From assembly GCA_037379555.1 (NCBI GenBank), contig JARRJK010000013.1, forward strand, positions 3,514 through 67,513: a stretch of DNA of 64,000 nt. Direction: 5' to 3'. The notes under the pieces were generated by a model. The model ran no database searches, was not told the DNA's origin, and was given only the letters and a program-made list of their open reading frames with translations. The DNA comes from Anaerolineales bacterium (lineage in GTDB: Bacteria > Chloroflexota > Anaerolineae > Anaerolineales > E44-bin32). The position numbers and the translations under genes are program-made. Below are positions 42,904 to 52,536 of the stretch, in pieces. The first letter of the stretch is position 1. Each line of letters begins with the position of its first letter.

Positions 42904-44265
42904 TCAAGCCGGAGACGCTGATGTTCGTGGTTCTTCGGCGGGTGGGCGCGCATTCCGCGCCAGTAGATAAACATCGAGCGCCATCAGGAAGCCGTAAATC
43001 AGTGTAAAGATGATGATGGAGAAGACCAGCATCCCCGTGCTGACGTTTGGTGAGGCGGCATCAGCGGTCTTCTGCAAGCCGAACACGATCCAGGGTTGGC
43101 GGCCCATTTCCGTCAGCAGCCAGCCGGTCGTGTTCGCCAGGTAGGGCAGGGCGATGGCGTAGGGGAGCCAGCGGAAGGCGCGCCCGAGCTGCGGGAAATG
43201 ATCACGCATGACCAGGACGAGCGCATAGAATCCGAGCGCCAGCATCAGGAACCCCGCGCCCACCATCAGGCGGAAGGACCAATACGTCACCGGCAAGATG
43301 GGAACGTAATTCCCCGGGCCGTACTGCATTTCGTACGCCCGTTGCAGGTCGTTCAAACCGAGGATCTGGCCGTCGAATCGGTTGTACGCGAGGAAGCTGA
43401 GCAGGCGTGGAACCCGGATCGACCAGACTTCACGTGTGCCGGAGAGATCCCCGATTGTCAGTAAAGACATCGGGGCGGGGTCGGATGTCTGCCAGAGCGC
43501 TTCGGCGGCCGCCATTTTCATCGGCTGGGCTTGGACCATGTGCTGAGCTTGAGAGTGGCCAATCAGGATCACCAAGGCTACGGCGATCGTCCCATATACG
43601 CTGGCCCAGCGGAACGAGCGCCGGAAGAGCGGATTCTGCGCGTGACCGCGCAGCAGATTGTAGGCGCTGATCCCCAGCACGAAGAAGGCGGCGGTTGTCA
43701 TCCCGGATGCGAGCACATGCGGGAACTGCACCCAGACGTGCGGGTTGCCGAGCAGCGCGAAGAAATCGGTCATCACCGGCCGTCCGGCGCGCAGCGCGTA
43801 GCCGACCGGTTCCTGCATGAAGGAGTTCGCGATCAAGATCCAGAGCGCGGACAGGTTTGACCCAATGGCGACCAGCCATATCGTCGCCGCGTGCAGCCGC
43901 TTCGAAAGGCGGTCCCAGCCGAAGATCCAGATCCCGAGGAAGGTCGATTCGAGAAAGAAGGCCAGCAGCGCTTCGATCGCCAGCGGCGCGCCGAAGATGT
44001 CACCCACGAAACGCGAATACTCCGACCAGTTCATGCCGAATTGAAACTCCATCACGATCCCGGTCACCACGCCCATGGCGAAGTTGATCAGGAACAGCTT
44101 CCCCCAGAATTTCGCCATGCGTTTGTAGGTTTCATCTCCAGTGCGGACGTAGACGGTCTCCATCAGCGCGACCAGGATGGAGAGCCCCAGAGTCAGCGGG
44201 ACGAAGAAGAAGTGGTACACGGAGGTGATGGCGAACTGCCAGCGTGCCAGGGCGACTTCAACCAT
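42904..44265 (-). CDS. cydA: Cytochrome bd ubiquinol oxidase subunit I
   Basis: LARWQFAITSVYHFFFVPLTLG, GWxxxEMGRQPW-type motif (GWLLTEMGRQPWIV). Start at 44265 with GAGGGAGA upstream. Confidence 0.9.
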   Translation of the reverse strand: MVEVALARWQFAITSVYHFFFVPLTLGLSILVALMETVYVRTGDETYKRMAKFWGKLFLINFAMGVVTGIVMEFQFGMNWSEYSRFVGDIFGAPLAIEALLAFFLESTFLGIWIFGWDRLSKRLHAATIWLVAIGSNLSALWILIANSFMQEPVGYALRAGRPVMTDFFALLGNPHVWVQFPHVLASGMTTAAFFVLGISAYNLLRGHAQNPLFRRSFRWASVYGTIAVALVILIGHSQAQHMVQAQPMKMAAAEALWQTSDPAPMSLLTIGDLSGTREVWSIRVPRLLSFLAYNRFDGQILGLNDLQRAYEMQYGPGNYVPILPVTYWSFRLMVGAGFLMLALGFYALVLVMRDHFPQLGRAFRWLPYAIALPYLANTTGWLLTEMGRQPWIVFGLQKTADAASPNVSTGMLVFSIIIFTLIYGFLMALDVYLLARNARPPAEEPRTSASPA

Positions 44266-44340
44266 GATGGGATCTCCCTCGATAAAACGATTCGGCAGGG
44301 TGTGCGTCCTGAATGCCGATAGTGTCAACTTTCACAAGCA

Positions 44341-44369
44341 AGTATAGCGGCAGGTAGCCCGCTTGTCAT
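44341..44369 (-). promoter_or_regulatory. Sigma70-type promoter for cydABDC (ATGACA-N17-TATACT on the minus strand)
   Basis: The plus strand shows AGTATA (44341..44346) and TGTCAT (44364..44369) with a 17-nt spacer. Confidence 0.45.
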
Positions 44370-44438
44370 CTGGCGGCCAGGGGGATCTCCCGGATCAGGC
44401 GGACAGGGCGGGGGTTGCGGGGTGACCGTAGGGCAAGA

Positions 44439-45473
44439 TCAGGCGATCACCCAGTTGGGGAGCACGTCGATATCGAGCGCATCGCGCTGCCCGGAGAGGA
44501 AGCGTTGATGGCCAGCCGCGGCGATCATGGCGGCGTTGTCGGTACATAAGTCAATCGGGGGAACGCGCACCGGTACTTTGGAACGGGCGAGGAATGACGC
44601 TCGCAGAGCCCGGTTGGCCGATACGCCCCCGGCGACAAGCAGCTGACGGGCATCCAGCTCATCCGCTGCTGAGAGCGTTTTTCCAACCAGCACGTCGACA
44701 ACCGCCGCCTGAAAGGAAGCGGCCAGGTCCGCCACCGGCAGGTCGCTCGTTGGCACCTCCACCCCAGCTTCAAGCTCAGGTTCGAGTTCCCGCACTTCGC
44801 GCAGCACCGCCGTCTTCAAGCCGCTGAAGGAGAAGTCCCATGTATCTTCCAACCAGGCGCGCGGGAATTCGAACGCTGTCGGATCGCCGCCTTCGGCAGC
44901 TTTTTCGATCGCCGGGCCTCCCGGGTAACCCAACCCAAGCAGACGGGCGACCTTGTCGAACGCTTCGCCGGCCGCATCGTCGAGCGTGGCGCCGAGGCGG
45001 TCGTAGCTCAGGTGATCCTGCATCAGCACAAGCTCGGTGTGCCCGCCTGAGACGATCAAACCCAGAAGCGGAAACTCTGGCTCACGCTCATCTTCGATCA
45101 ACCACAGCGAATACAGGTGGGCTTCGAGGTGATTCACGCCGATCAGGGGTAGGCCGGCTCCCATCGCAAGCCCCTTGGCCATGTTGACGCCGACGACGAG
45201 CGATCCAGCCAGGCCCGGGCCGCGCGTTACGGCGATTGCATCGAGCGAGTCCAACCCGACATGCGCCTGCGAGAGAGCCTCAGAGACCACGCTTTCGATG
45301 CGCTCGATATGCGCGCGCGAGGCGAGTTCCGGGAACACCCCGCCGAAGGGGGCGTGCAGCTCCACCTGCGAGGAGACGATGCTGCTCAGAATTTGGCGGC
45401 CATTATCGACGACCGCCGCCGCCGTCTCATCGCAGGAGGTTTCGATGCCCAGTATGCGTGTGGTTTCGTCCAT
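44439..45473 (-). CDS. tsaD: tRNA N6-adenosine threonylcarbamoyltransferase TsaD
   Basis: ILGIETSCDETAAAVV and GVNHLEAH motifs. Confidence 0.9.
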   Translation of the reverse strand: MDETTRILGIETSCDETAAAVVDNGRQILSSIVSSQVELHAPFGGVFPELASRAHIERIESVVSEALSQAHVGLDSLDAIAVTRGPGLAGSLVVGVNMAKGLAMGAGLPLIGVNHLEAHLYSLWLIEDEREPEFPLLGLIVSGGHTELVLMQDHLSYDRLGATLDDAAGEAFDKVARLLGLGYPGGPAIEKAAEGGDPTAFEFPRAWLEDTWDFSFSGLKTAVLREVRELEPELEAGVEVPTSDLPVADLAASFQAAVVDVLVGKTLSAADELDARQLLVAGGVSANRALRASFLARSKVPVRVPPIDLCTDNAAMIAAAGHQRFLSGQRDALDIDVLPNWVIA

Positions 45474-45497
45474 CGCGTCGGCTCCCGGGTTTATGCG

Positions 45498-46661
45498 CTA
45501 CATCGCTGGCAGCTTCAAGACCAGGTCCTTGGAGAAATCGACCATCGTCTCAGCTGATCCATCTGGCCGGATCCAGACCGTGTCCTCAATCCGCACGCCC
45601 ATGCCCCGGTCGGGGTAGTACAGGCCCGGCTCGACGGTGAACACCATGCCCGGTTCGAGCCGATCCTGATTGCCCTCGTTGTCGGCGAAAGACGGCGCTT
45701 CATGAACATTCAAGCCCAGACCGTGAGCGAGCGAGTGGACATAGCGGTCCCGACAGAGCGTGTCCGCCCGGAGCGATTTCGAGACCGCCTTGAACACGTC
45801 GAGAACATCGGCGTGGAGCTGGGCGACATCGTCCGGTGCGTAGCCCAGGCACCAGGTGCGGGTGAAATCGTAGAAGTACCCGCCTCCAGCCTCACAGGGG
45901 AAGATATCGAAAATGATCGGCACGCCGACTGGCAGCGGGTCGCTGTCGGTGCCGGCGCTGTGCGGGATCCCGGCCTCGCGCCCGACGGCGAAGATCACGC
46001 CCTCCGGATTCTCAGCGCCGCGCATCGCCAGCCATAAGTTGATCTTCTGCTTCACATCGCCGATCGTGAGCTGTTCCCCCTCGCGGTTCACCAGGAATCC
46101 ATCCTTGACAGCGTGTGAGGTGAGGAAGCTGGCTACGTCCGATACGACGGCGAGCGTGATCTTGCCGATCGCCCGGATGCGTTCGATCTCGGCCTCGTCC
46201 TTTGTTACGCGCGCTTTCATCAGCACCGAGCGGATCTGATTCTCGCCGATCACCTCGATCCCTGGAACGCGCTCTTCCAGCAGGCGCATCGTGCTCATCG
46301 CCGGGCCGAACTCCACCCTGCCGTAGGCGGCGATGCGCCCGGTGACACCCAGTTCTTTAAAGATCCGTTCGAGCGTCATGGCATCCGTCAGGTTGGCATC
46401 CCCGCCGTTCTGCTTATAAAAGTCCATCAAGCCGTAATGATAGAGGTTCTCGGTCCGCAGGCCGCTTGCGGCAGCCTCCTCGCGCTCCATGGGCAGGTGG
46501 AAGTGAACCGGATCGGCTCCACGCTGCTTGATCAGGAAGCCGGCTGAGACGTGGTGGATCCCCAGGAAGTACGTCATATGCGGGTTATGGGTCGCCGGTC
46601 CGCGCACGAGCAGCGCGTCGATCTTCGCTTCTTCCATCAGACGATCGAGGTCGGATTTCAT
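45498..46661 (-). CDS. M24-family Xaa-Pro aminopeptidase
   Basis: FDIF...YFYDFTRTW, HGLGLNVHEAP, EPGLY, RIEDTV metal-ligand motifs. Confidence 0.8.
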   Translation of the reverse strand: MKSDLDRLMEEAKIDALLVRGPATHNPHMTYFLGIHHVSAGFLIKQRGADPVHFHLPMEREEAAASGLRTENLYHYGLMDFYKQNGGDANLTDAMTLERIFKELGVTGRIAAYGRVEFGPAMSTMRLLEERVPGIEVIGENQIRSVLMKARVTKDEAEIERIRAIGKITLAVVSDVASFLTSHAVKDGFLVNREGEQLTIGDVKQKINLWLAMRGAENPEGVIFAVGREAGIPHSAGTDSDPLPVGVPIIFDIFPCEAGGGYFYDFTRTWCLGYAPDDVAQLHADVLDVFKAVSKSLRADTLCRDRYVHSLAHGLGLNVHEAPSFADNEGNQDRLEPGMVFTVEPGLYYPDRGMGVRIEDTVWIRPDGSAETMVDFSKDLVLKLPAM

Positions 46662-46688
46662 GCCACTTCTCCTGACTATGCTCTTCGT

Positions 46689-48044
46689 TCAGTCCTGCAG
46701 CCCGAGTGCCCGGATCAGCCCTTCGAGCAGGACCTGATCCTGGTCGGGCAGGACCGTGCGCGGATCGAGCACAAGTCGATCCGAATCGATACGGGCGATG
46801 ATCGGCAGGTCGAGAAGGCGCAATTCCGCTGCCAGACGGTCTGGCTGCTCGTGGTCAAGGGCTAACAACCACGTAGGCAGGGTTTCCTCTGGCAGGCTTC
46901 CACCTCCCACCGTCGAGCGGCCTTCGATCAGTGTGCCTCGATTCAGTGCTTCCCGCCAGCCGCCGGCGCGCTTCTTGAGCAGTTCGAGCGGGGATGAGAT
47001 CATCTGCCAGACGGGGATCTGATCCAGCGCCTCATCACGCAGGTAATGTTCCAGCGTGGCGCTCAGCGTCGCCAGACATAGCTTGTCCGGGCGAAGGGCG
47101 CGTGCCAATGGATGCTTGCGGAGCTTATCAATCAGCGTTTTATCCCCGACCAGCACCCCGGCCTGTGGTCCGCCAAGCAGTTTATCCCCCGAAAAGGCTA
47201 CCAGCGGTGCTCCTGCCTGGAGCGATTCTTGCACGGTTGGCTCATGCCCGAGTCCGAAAGGTTCGGTGTCAAGCAAGGCGCCCGATCCGAGGTCATCCAG
47301 CAGGACCAGATCGTGCGTTCTGCTGATTTCTACCAACTCGGGCAGAGAGGGTTCAGTCGTGAACCCGACAAGCTTGAAGTTCGAATGGTGCGCCCGCATG
47401 ATGGCAGCGGTCTTGTCGCTGATGGCGTGTTCGAAATCCGCCAGGTGGGTGCGGTTCGTCGTTCCCACCTCGACCAGCTTCGCTCCTGACTGCTTGAGCA
47501 CGTCCGGGATGCGAAAGCCGCCACCGATCTCAATCAACTGCGAGCGAGAGATGAGAACTTCTTTGCGCTTGGCGAGTGCGGTGAGCGCCAGCAGGATGGC
47601 GCCGGCGTTGTTGTTGACGACCAGCCCTGATTCGGCGCCTGTGATGCGGGAGAGGAGTCCTTCAACATGCTGATCGCGTTTGCCGCGTTTACCGCTCGCC
47701 AGATCGTATTCGAGCGTGCTAAAGCCGCCCGCAACGGAGAGCACTGCTTGCTGCGCGGCACGGCTCAGTGGGGCGCGTCCCAGGTTGGTGTGAATGATGA
47801 CGCCGGTCGCGTTGATCACAGGACGCAGAGATGCCATCAGCCATGTTGATGCCAGGCGACGGGCACGCTCTACGATCTGATCTGGCGTGGGATTGGGGCT
47901 TCCGCCACGAATGGCCTGGCGCTCAAGCTCGAGTTGCGACCGAAGCGCCTGGAGCGAAAGCGGCCGTCCGATCTCCTCGATCAGATCTGCAGCCGATTCG
48001 AGCCCGAGCAGGCCATCCACAGATGGCAGGTCGCGCAGGCTCAC
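46689..48044 (-). CDS. selA: L-seryl-tRNA(Sec) selenium transferase
   Basis: LRDLPSVDGLL at the N-terminus and FSGDKLLGGPQAG (PLP lysine). I chose the GTG start at 48044, which overlaps the upstream stop (GTGA). The track's start at 48167 lies inside the upstream gene. Confidence 0.85.
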   Translation of the reverse strand: MSLRDLPSVDGLLGLESAADLIEEIGRPLSLQALRSQLELERQAIRGGSPNPTPDQIVERARRLASTWLMASLRPVINATGVIIHTNLGRAPLSRAAQQAVLSVAGGFSTLEYDLASGKRGKRDQHVEGLLSRITGAESGLVVNNNAGAILLALTALAKRKEVLISRSQLIEIGGGFRIPDVLKQSGAKLVEVGTTNRTHLADFEHAISDKTAAIMRAHHSNFKLVGFTTEPSLPELVEISRTHDLVLLDDLGSGALLDTEPFGLGHEPTVQESLQAGAPLVAFSGDKLLGGPQAGVLVGDKTLIDKLRKHPLARALRPDKLCLATLSATLEHYLRDEALDQIPVWQMISSPLELLKKRAGGWREALNRGTLIEGRSTVGGGSLPEETLPTWLLALDHEQPDRLAAELRLLDLPIIARIDSDRLVLDPRTVLPDQDQVLLEGLIRALGLQD

Positions 48045-48439
48045 CGGCGGCCCCTGCGCGTATTGCGTTCGAGCGTGCGAAGGAACCACTCGACAGCGGC
48101 CAGCCCGACCGCGAGCAGCACGGCAAGCGAGAGCGTCAGGCTGCGGTTGATCTGGAGCCAGGCGCAAATCTCACCGAACAAGGCGAAAAGCAGCGCCTGG
48201 CGGAGCAGTGTGGAAGCCGGTGTGTTCTGGCGGCTATCGAACCGGCGGTGGAGCACCCAGACGAAGGGCAGCGCGGTTCCGGTGAGCGCGACGGCGAGCA
48301 GGAAAAAGAACAACCAGCGTGGGCCAACGGTGGGCACTGTGCTGAGCAGCAGCAGGACCAGCCCCAGCCAGCCGAATGCGGCCATGATGGCGGCGCTGAT
48401 CATCAAACTGCGGTAGGGTGACGATGGCTGATCAAACAT
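48041..48439 (-). CDS. Membrane protein of unknown function (4 TM)
   Basis: 132-aa hydrophobic ORF, translationally coupled to selA. Confidence 0.5.
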   Translation of the reverse strand: MFDQPSSPYRSLMISAAIMAAFGWLGLVLLLLSTVPTVGPRWLFFFLLAVALTGTALPFVWVLHRRFDSRQNTPASTLLRQALLFALFGEICAWLQINRSLTLSLAVLLAVGLAAVEWFLRTLERNTRRGRR

Positions 48440-48552
48440 TTAACGCGGTTCTCATCGACTTGGTGGGAATTATAGTCCAGCGCCCTTTCGCTTGGAAAAT
48501 GGCTGCGCGCGAGCTGTGGAATGGGCTGGGGTATAATCCGCCGCGGGACCCC

Positions 48553-50451
48553 ATGTCGCTGATTCAGGCCAACCACCTTTCCAAATCCTACGGCGCGCAG
48601 GACGTCTTATCCGGCGTGAGCCTGACCATACCCCGCCAGGCCAGGATCGCCTTGATCGGCCCGAACGGCATCGGAAAGAGCACGCTGCTGCATCTGCTGG
48701 CCGGGATCGAACAGCCGGATGGCGGAAGCCTGCAGTTCGCGCGCGGGCTTGAGATCGGCTTTCTGCCACAGGAGTCTTCCTACGGCGTTCAGGACTACGC
48801 GGGTGATACGGTCTGGGAGTTATGCCAGGGGGCATTTGCCGATCTGCTGCGCAGTGAGCAAACGTTGCGTGAGCTCGAGCAGGCTATGGCTGATCCACGC
48901 CAGGTGGACGAGGCGATGGTGCGCTACGGGGCGCTGCAGGAGTCTTTCGAGCTGGCCGGCGGCTATACGTATGAAGCCCGCATCCGACAGGTGCTGGGTG
49001 GCCTCGGGTTTGCTCCGGAGGAACTCGAAACTCCGATCAACCGTCTTTCAGGTGGGGAGAAGACGCGCACGCTGCTCGCCCGGCTGCTGCTTGAAGACCC
49101 CGACCTGCTAATCCTCGATGAGCCCACCAATCATCTGGATCTCGAAGCGATCGAATGGTTGGAATCGTGGCTGCGCGATTTTGCAGGGGCGGCGGTGATC
49201 GTCTCGCATGACCGATATTTCCTCGATCGGGTGATCGACCAGATCTGGGAATTGAGTCCCGAAGGCATCAGCCTCTTCCGCGGTGATTACTCTTCCTACC
49301 TGCAGCAGCGGGCGCAGCGCATGGCGTTACTGGAGGCGCGTTTTAAAGCTCAACAGGCGCACATCGCAAAAGAACAGGATTACATCCAGCGTAACATCGC
49401 TGGCCAGAACACGCGCCAGGCGCAGGGCCGGCGCAAGCGCCTCGAGCGTATGCTGCGCGATGAAGCTGTCGTGCTGCCGGAGACCAGCCGCACCGCCCAG
49501 ATCCGCTTCGAACAAGCCAAGCGGTCGGGCGATATTGTCTTGCAAACCTCGGGGTTGGCGATCGGCTATCCAGACGCAGATGCCCCGCTTTTCTCGGTGC
49601 CGGACCTGACGCTGCTGCGAGGTGAGTGCGTCGCCCTTGTCGGACCTAACGGCGCCGGGAAAACGACGTTCCTGAAAACGCTTTTGGGCGATCTGGAGCC
49701 GTTCAGCGGGGAAGTCACGCTGGGTGCGGGTCTGCAGTGCGGGTATTTCGAACAGGCGCACGAGAGCCTGCGTCCTGAAAAAACGCTGCTGGAGGAGGTG
49801 CTGGGTTCCGATCCCAGCCTGCGCATCTCGGAAGCGCGCAGCCTGCTGGGCCGCTTTGCATTCAGCGGCGACGAAGTGAAGAAGCAGGTTAAAGTTCTGT
49901 CAGGCGGTGAGCGCGGCCGTCTCGCTCTGCACAAGCTCGTCCTGCAGGGCGCCAACCTGCTTCTGCTCGATGAACCAACCAACCACCTGGATATCCCTTC
50001 GCAGGAGACGCTGCAGGCCGCCCTCGAAGTTTTTAATGGCACGATCCTGCTCGTCTCGCACGACCGCTACCTGATCCGAGCGCTGGCGAGCCAGGTCTGG
50101 GTTGTGACCCCGGATGAAGGTCAGCTTGAGGTGCACGTAGGGGGATACGATGCGTATGAACAAGCACGGCGGCAGGCCAGGCAGCAGGCTGCGGCGGTTG
50201 AAGTGGAGCGAGTGCGGACGGCCGTAAAATCACCACACCGCACCTCCGCCCGGATCGACCTTGAGAGCCTGGAGGCCAACATCGCGGCGCTTGAAATGGA
50301 ACTGGCACAGGTCTCACGTTTGATCGAGGAAGCAGGTGCAGACCTCGATCAGATAATGAAACTGGGCGAACGCTACGCCGCGCTGCAGGAGACGCTTGAG
50401 GGCAAACTGGAGCAGTGGGAGCAAGCCGCGCACCAGTCGGAATCGGCGTGA
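48553..50451 (+). CDS. ABC-F family ATPase (two ABC domains, no permease)
   Basis: GPNGIGKST and GPNGAGKTT Walker A motifs. LSGGEKTR and LSGGERGR signatures. C-terminal coiled coil. Start at MSLIQANHLSK. Confidence 0.85.
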   Translation: MSLIQANHLSKSYGAQDVLSGVSLTIPRQARIALIGPNGIGKSTLLHLLAGIEQPDGGSLQFARGLEIGFLPQESSYGVQDYAGDTVWELCQGAFADLLRSEQTLRELEQAMADPRQVDEAMVRYGALQESFELAGGYTYEARIRQVLGGLGFAPEELETPINRLSGGEKTRTLLARLLLEDPDLLILDEPTNHLDLEAIEWLESWLRDFAGAAVIVSHDRYFLDRVIDQIWELSPEGISLFRGDYSSYLQQRAQRMALLEARFKAQQAHIAKEQDYIQRNIAGQNTRQAQGRRKRLERMLRDEAVVLPETSRTAQIRFEQAKRSGDIVLQTSGLAIGYPDADAPLFSVPDLTLLRGECVALVGPNGAGKTTFLKTLLGDLEPFSGEVTLGAGLQCGYFEQAHESLRPEKTLLEEVLGSDPSLRISEARSLLGRFAFSGDEVKKQVKVLSGGERGRLALHKLVLQGANLLLLDEPTNHLDIPSQETLQAALEVFNGTILLVSHDRYLIRALASQVWVVTPDEGQLEVHVGGYDAYEQARRQARQQAAAVEVERVRTAVKSPHRTSARIDLESLEANIAALEMELAQVSRLIEEAGADLDQIMKLGERYAALQETLEGKLEQWEQAAHQSESA

Positions 50452-50457
50452 TATAAT
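50449..50457 (+). promoter_or_regulatory. Extended -10 promoter (TGATATAAT) upstream of the LCP gene
   Basis: Perfect match to TGnTATAAT, overlapping the ABC-F stop codon and 47 nt upstream of ATG 50505. Confidence 0.5.
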
Positions 50458-50504
50458 CCGCCGGTCCACAGATTTGACCGAATTGTCGTCTGGGTTTTCA
50501 CAGG

Positions 50505-51947
50505 ATGAGCGAGCCGAAACGAAGCAACCGCAAGCGAGTGAGTATTCCGCCAGCACTGATTAAAGTGCTGGCTGGGGCATTTATCATCGCTGGACTGCTC
50601 TCGATCTACCTGGTTTACAGTGCAGTGCGTGACCTGGCCAGCAGCTGGTCTGGTAGTGGCCTGCCCTCGTTTTCCATCTCGCGTGATTCTGGGACGCAGC
50701 CTTCCGGCGAAGCCCTACCCACCTCGACCGTCGCGCCGCTCGAACAGCTGCCGGATCCATGGAAAGGTAATGAGCGTGTGACGGTGCTCCTGATGGGGCT
50801 CGATTACCGCGATTGGGAAAGCGGCGAAGGTCCGCCACGCACCGACTCGATGATGCTGGGGACGGTCGACCCGGTTTCAGAGACCGCCGGGATGCTCTCG
50901 ATCCCACGTGACCTGTGGGTTGAGATCCCGGGCTACAGCCACGGACGCATCAACACGGCTTATTTCCTCGGAGAGCGTGACCGGCTGCCGGGCGGTGGGC
51001 CGGAGCTGGCGGTTAAAACGGTCGAGAACTTCCTCGGCGTTCCAATCAATTACTACGTTCAGATTGATTTTACGGCTTTTGAACGCATGGTCGATGAGCT
51101 CGGTGGCGTCGAAATCAACGTGCCGGCGGAGATCACCGTTGATCCGATCGGCCCCCACAACACCGTCACACTCGAGCCTGGCGTCCAGACGCTGAGCGGC
51201 CCGGTTGCACTTGCCTACGCCCGCAACCGCCATACCGATGGCGGCGACTTCGACCGGGCCCAGCGCCAGCAGCAGGTCGCGCTGGCGATCCGGTCGCAAA
51301 TCCTGCGGCTGAACATGCTGCCGACGCTGATCGCCAAGGCGCCAGCCCTGTACAACGATCTGGCGGAGGGCATCCGCACCAACCTGAGCCTCAACCAGAT
51401 GATCGCGCTCGGACTGCTGGCGCTGCAGATCCCACCCGAGAACGTCACCCAGGGTGTGATCGCGCCGCCGGACATGGTGACGCTCGAGTCGGTGACCTAC
51501 GGCGGCGAGGATGCGCAGGTGCTCAAGCCGGTGCCCGACCAGATCCGTATGCTGCGCGACCAGGTGTTCGCGGCAACCAGCGCGATCGGCCCCTCGATTT
51601 CAGTCGAGGATCCGGCGGTGGCGGCAAAGTCGGAAAATGCGAAGGTCGCCGTCCTAAATGGCGCCGGTGAGGAGGGGCTTGCGAGCCGCTTTGCCGAAGC
51701 CTTGGAGGCGCTGGGATTCACCGTGACAGAGATCGGGAACGCGGATCGCATGGATTATCCGACGACCCGCATCGTGGATTACACCGGCAATCCCTATACG
51801 GCACAGTACCTGGTCGATTTGATGGATCTCACGCAATCTCAGGTGCTTTCCCAGACCGTCCCCGATAACGAGATAGATCTGGCGCTTGTGGTTGGCTATG
51901 ACTGGCAGCAGCTCTACGGCATGCTGAAGGCCGCAGCTCCAAATTGA
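50505..51947 (+). CDS. LytR-CpsA-Psr (LCP) family cell-envelope phosphotransferase with LytR_C-like C-terminal domain
   Basis: N-terminal TM helix, VLLMGLDYRD...RTDSMMLGTVDP...SIPRDLWVEIPG. C-terminal VAVLNGAGEEGLASRFAEALEALGF. Confidence 0.85.
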   Translation: MSEPKRSNRKRVSIPPALIKVLAGAFIIAGLLSIYLVYSAVRDLASSWSGSGLPSFSISRDSGTQPSGEALPTSTVAPLEQLPDPWKGNERVTVLLMGLDYRDWESGEGPPRTDSMMLGTVDPVSETAGMLSIPRDLWVEIPGYSHGRINTAYFLGERDRLPGGGPELAVKTVENFLGVPINYYVQIDFTAFERMVDELGGVEINVPAEITVDPIGPHNTVTLEPGVQTLSGPVALAYARNRHTDGGDFDRAQRQQQVALAIRSQILRLNMLPTLIAKAPALYNDLAEGIRTNLSLNQMIALGLLALQIPPENVTQGVIAPPDMVTLESVTYGGEDAQVLKPVPDQIRMLRDQVFAATSAIGPSISVEDPAVAAKSENAKVAVLNGAGEEGLASRFAEALEALGFTVTEIGNADRMDYPTTRIVDYTGNPYTAQYLVDLMDLTQSQVLSQTVPDNEIDLALVVGYDWQQLYGMLKAAAPN

Positions 51948-51973
51948 AATCCAGCCAATCGGGAAAAGACTCA

Positions 51974-52004
51974 GGGCCATTGCTCTCAATGGCCCGTTTT
52001 TGTT
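51974..52004. terminator. Intrinsic terminator between convergent genes
   Basis: GGGCCATTG-CTCT-CAATGGCCC is a perfect 9-bp stem, followed by GTTTTTGTT. Confidence 0.7.
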
Positions 52005-52020
52005 ACATCGGCATCAGGCT

Positions 52021-52536
52021 TCAGGGAAAGAGCAGCAGCGCCCCCGCGCCGGCCAGCAAGCCAATCACCGCGCCGGCGGCAACGTCGGTTGGGTAATGCA
52101 GGCCCATCCAGACTCGCGCCAGCGAGACCAGCGGTGCCCAGAGTATGAGCAGTACCGCCAGCCAGAGTGGCCCCCAGCCGAAAGCAAGCACGGCAAGCAT
52201 GGCCGCCCGGGCGGCGTGGCCGGAGGGGAAGGAGTGGGGGTCTGAGCGTCGGTAAATCGCTCCCCATTCTCCGGCAGGGCGCTCGCGGCGCACGCGGAAC
52301 TTGATCACGAGCACGATCAGAGCCAGCGCCAGGATGGAGACCCCGACCCGGGCCGCCCAGGCTTTCCACGGTTCGGGCGCTGCGAGCCAGAGCAACCCGA
52401 GCCCGGTGAGCCAGAACCAGGAATCGCCTGAATGAGCCAGGACGATCGCGATGCGGCGACGGTTGCCTGGGCGGTCGGCGACGCCGAAGCGCTGAAGCCA
52501 GCGTTCATCGAATTCGTTCCAGCGCTGCCAGTTCAT
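52021..52536 (-). CDS. PAP2-family phosphatase (membrane)
   Basis: KFRVRRERP...SFPSGHAARA...YPTDV matches the KxxxxxxRP / PSGH / (S)RxxxxxHxxxD tripartite pattern. Confidence 0.75.
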   Translation of the reverse strand: MNWQRWNEFDERWLQRFGVADRPGNRRRIAIVLAHSGDSWFWLTGLGLLWLAAPEPWKAWAARVGVSILALALIVLVIKFRVRRERPAGEWGAIYRRSDPHSFPSGHAARAAMLAVLAFGWGPLWLAVLLILWAPLVSLARVWMGLHYPTDVAAGAVIGLLAGAGALLLFP

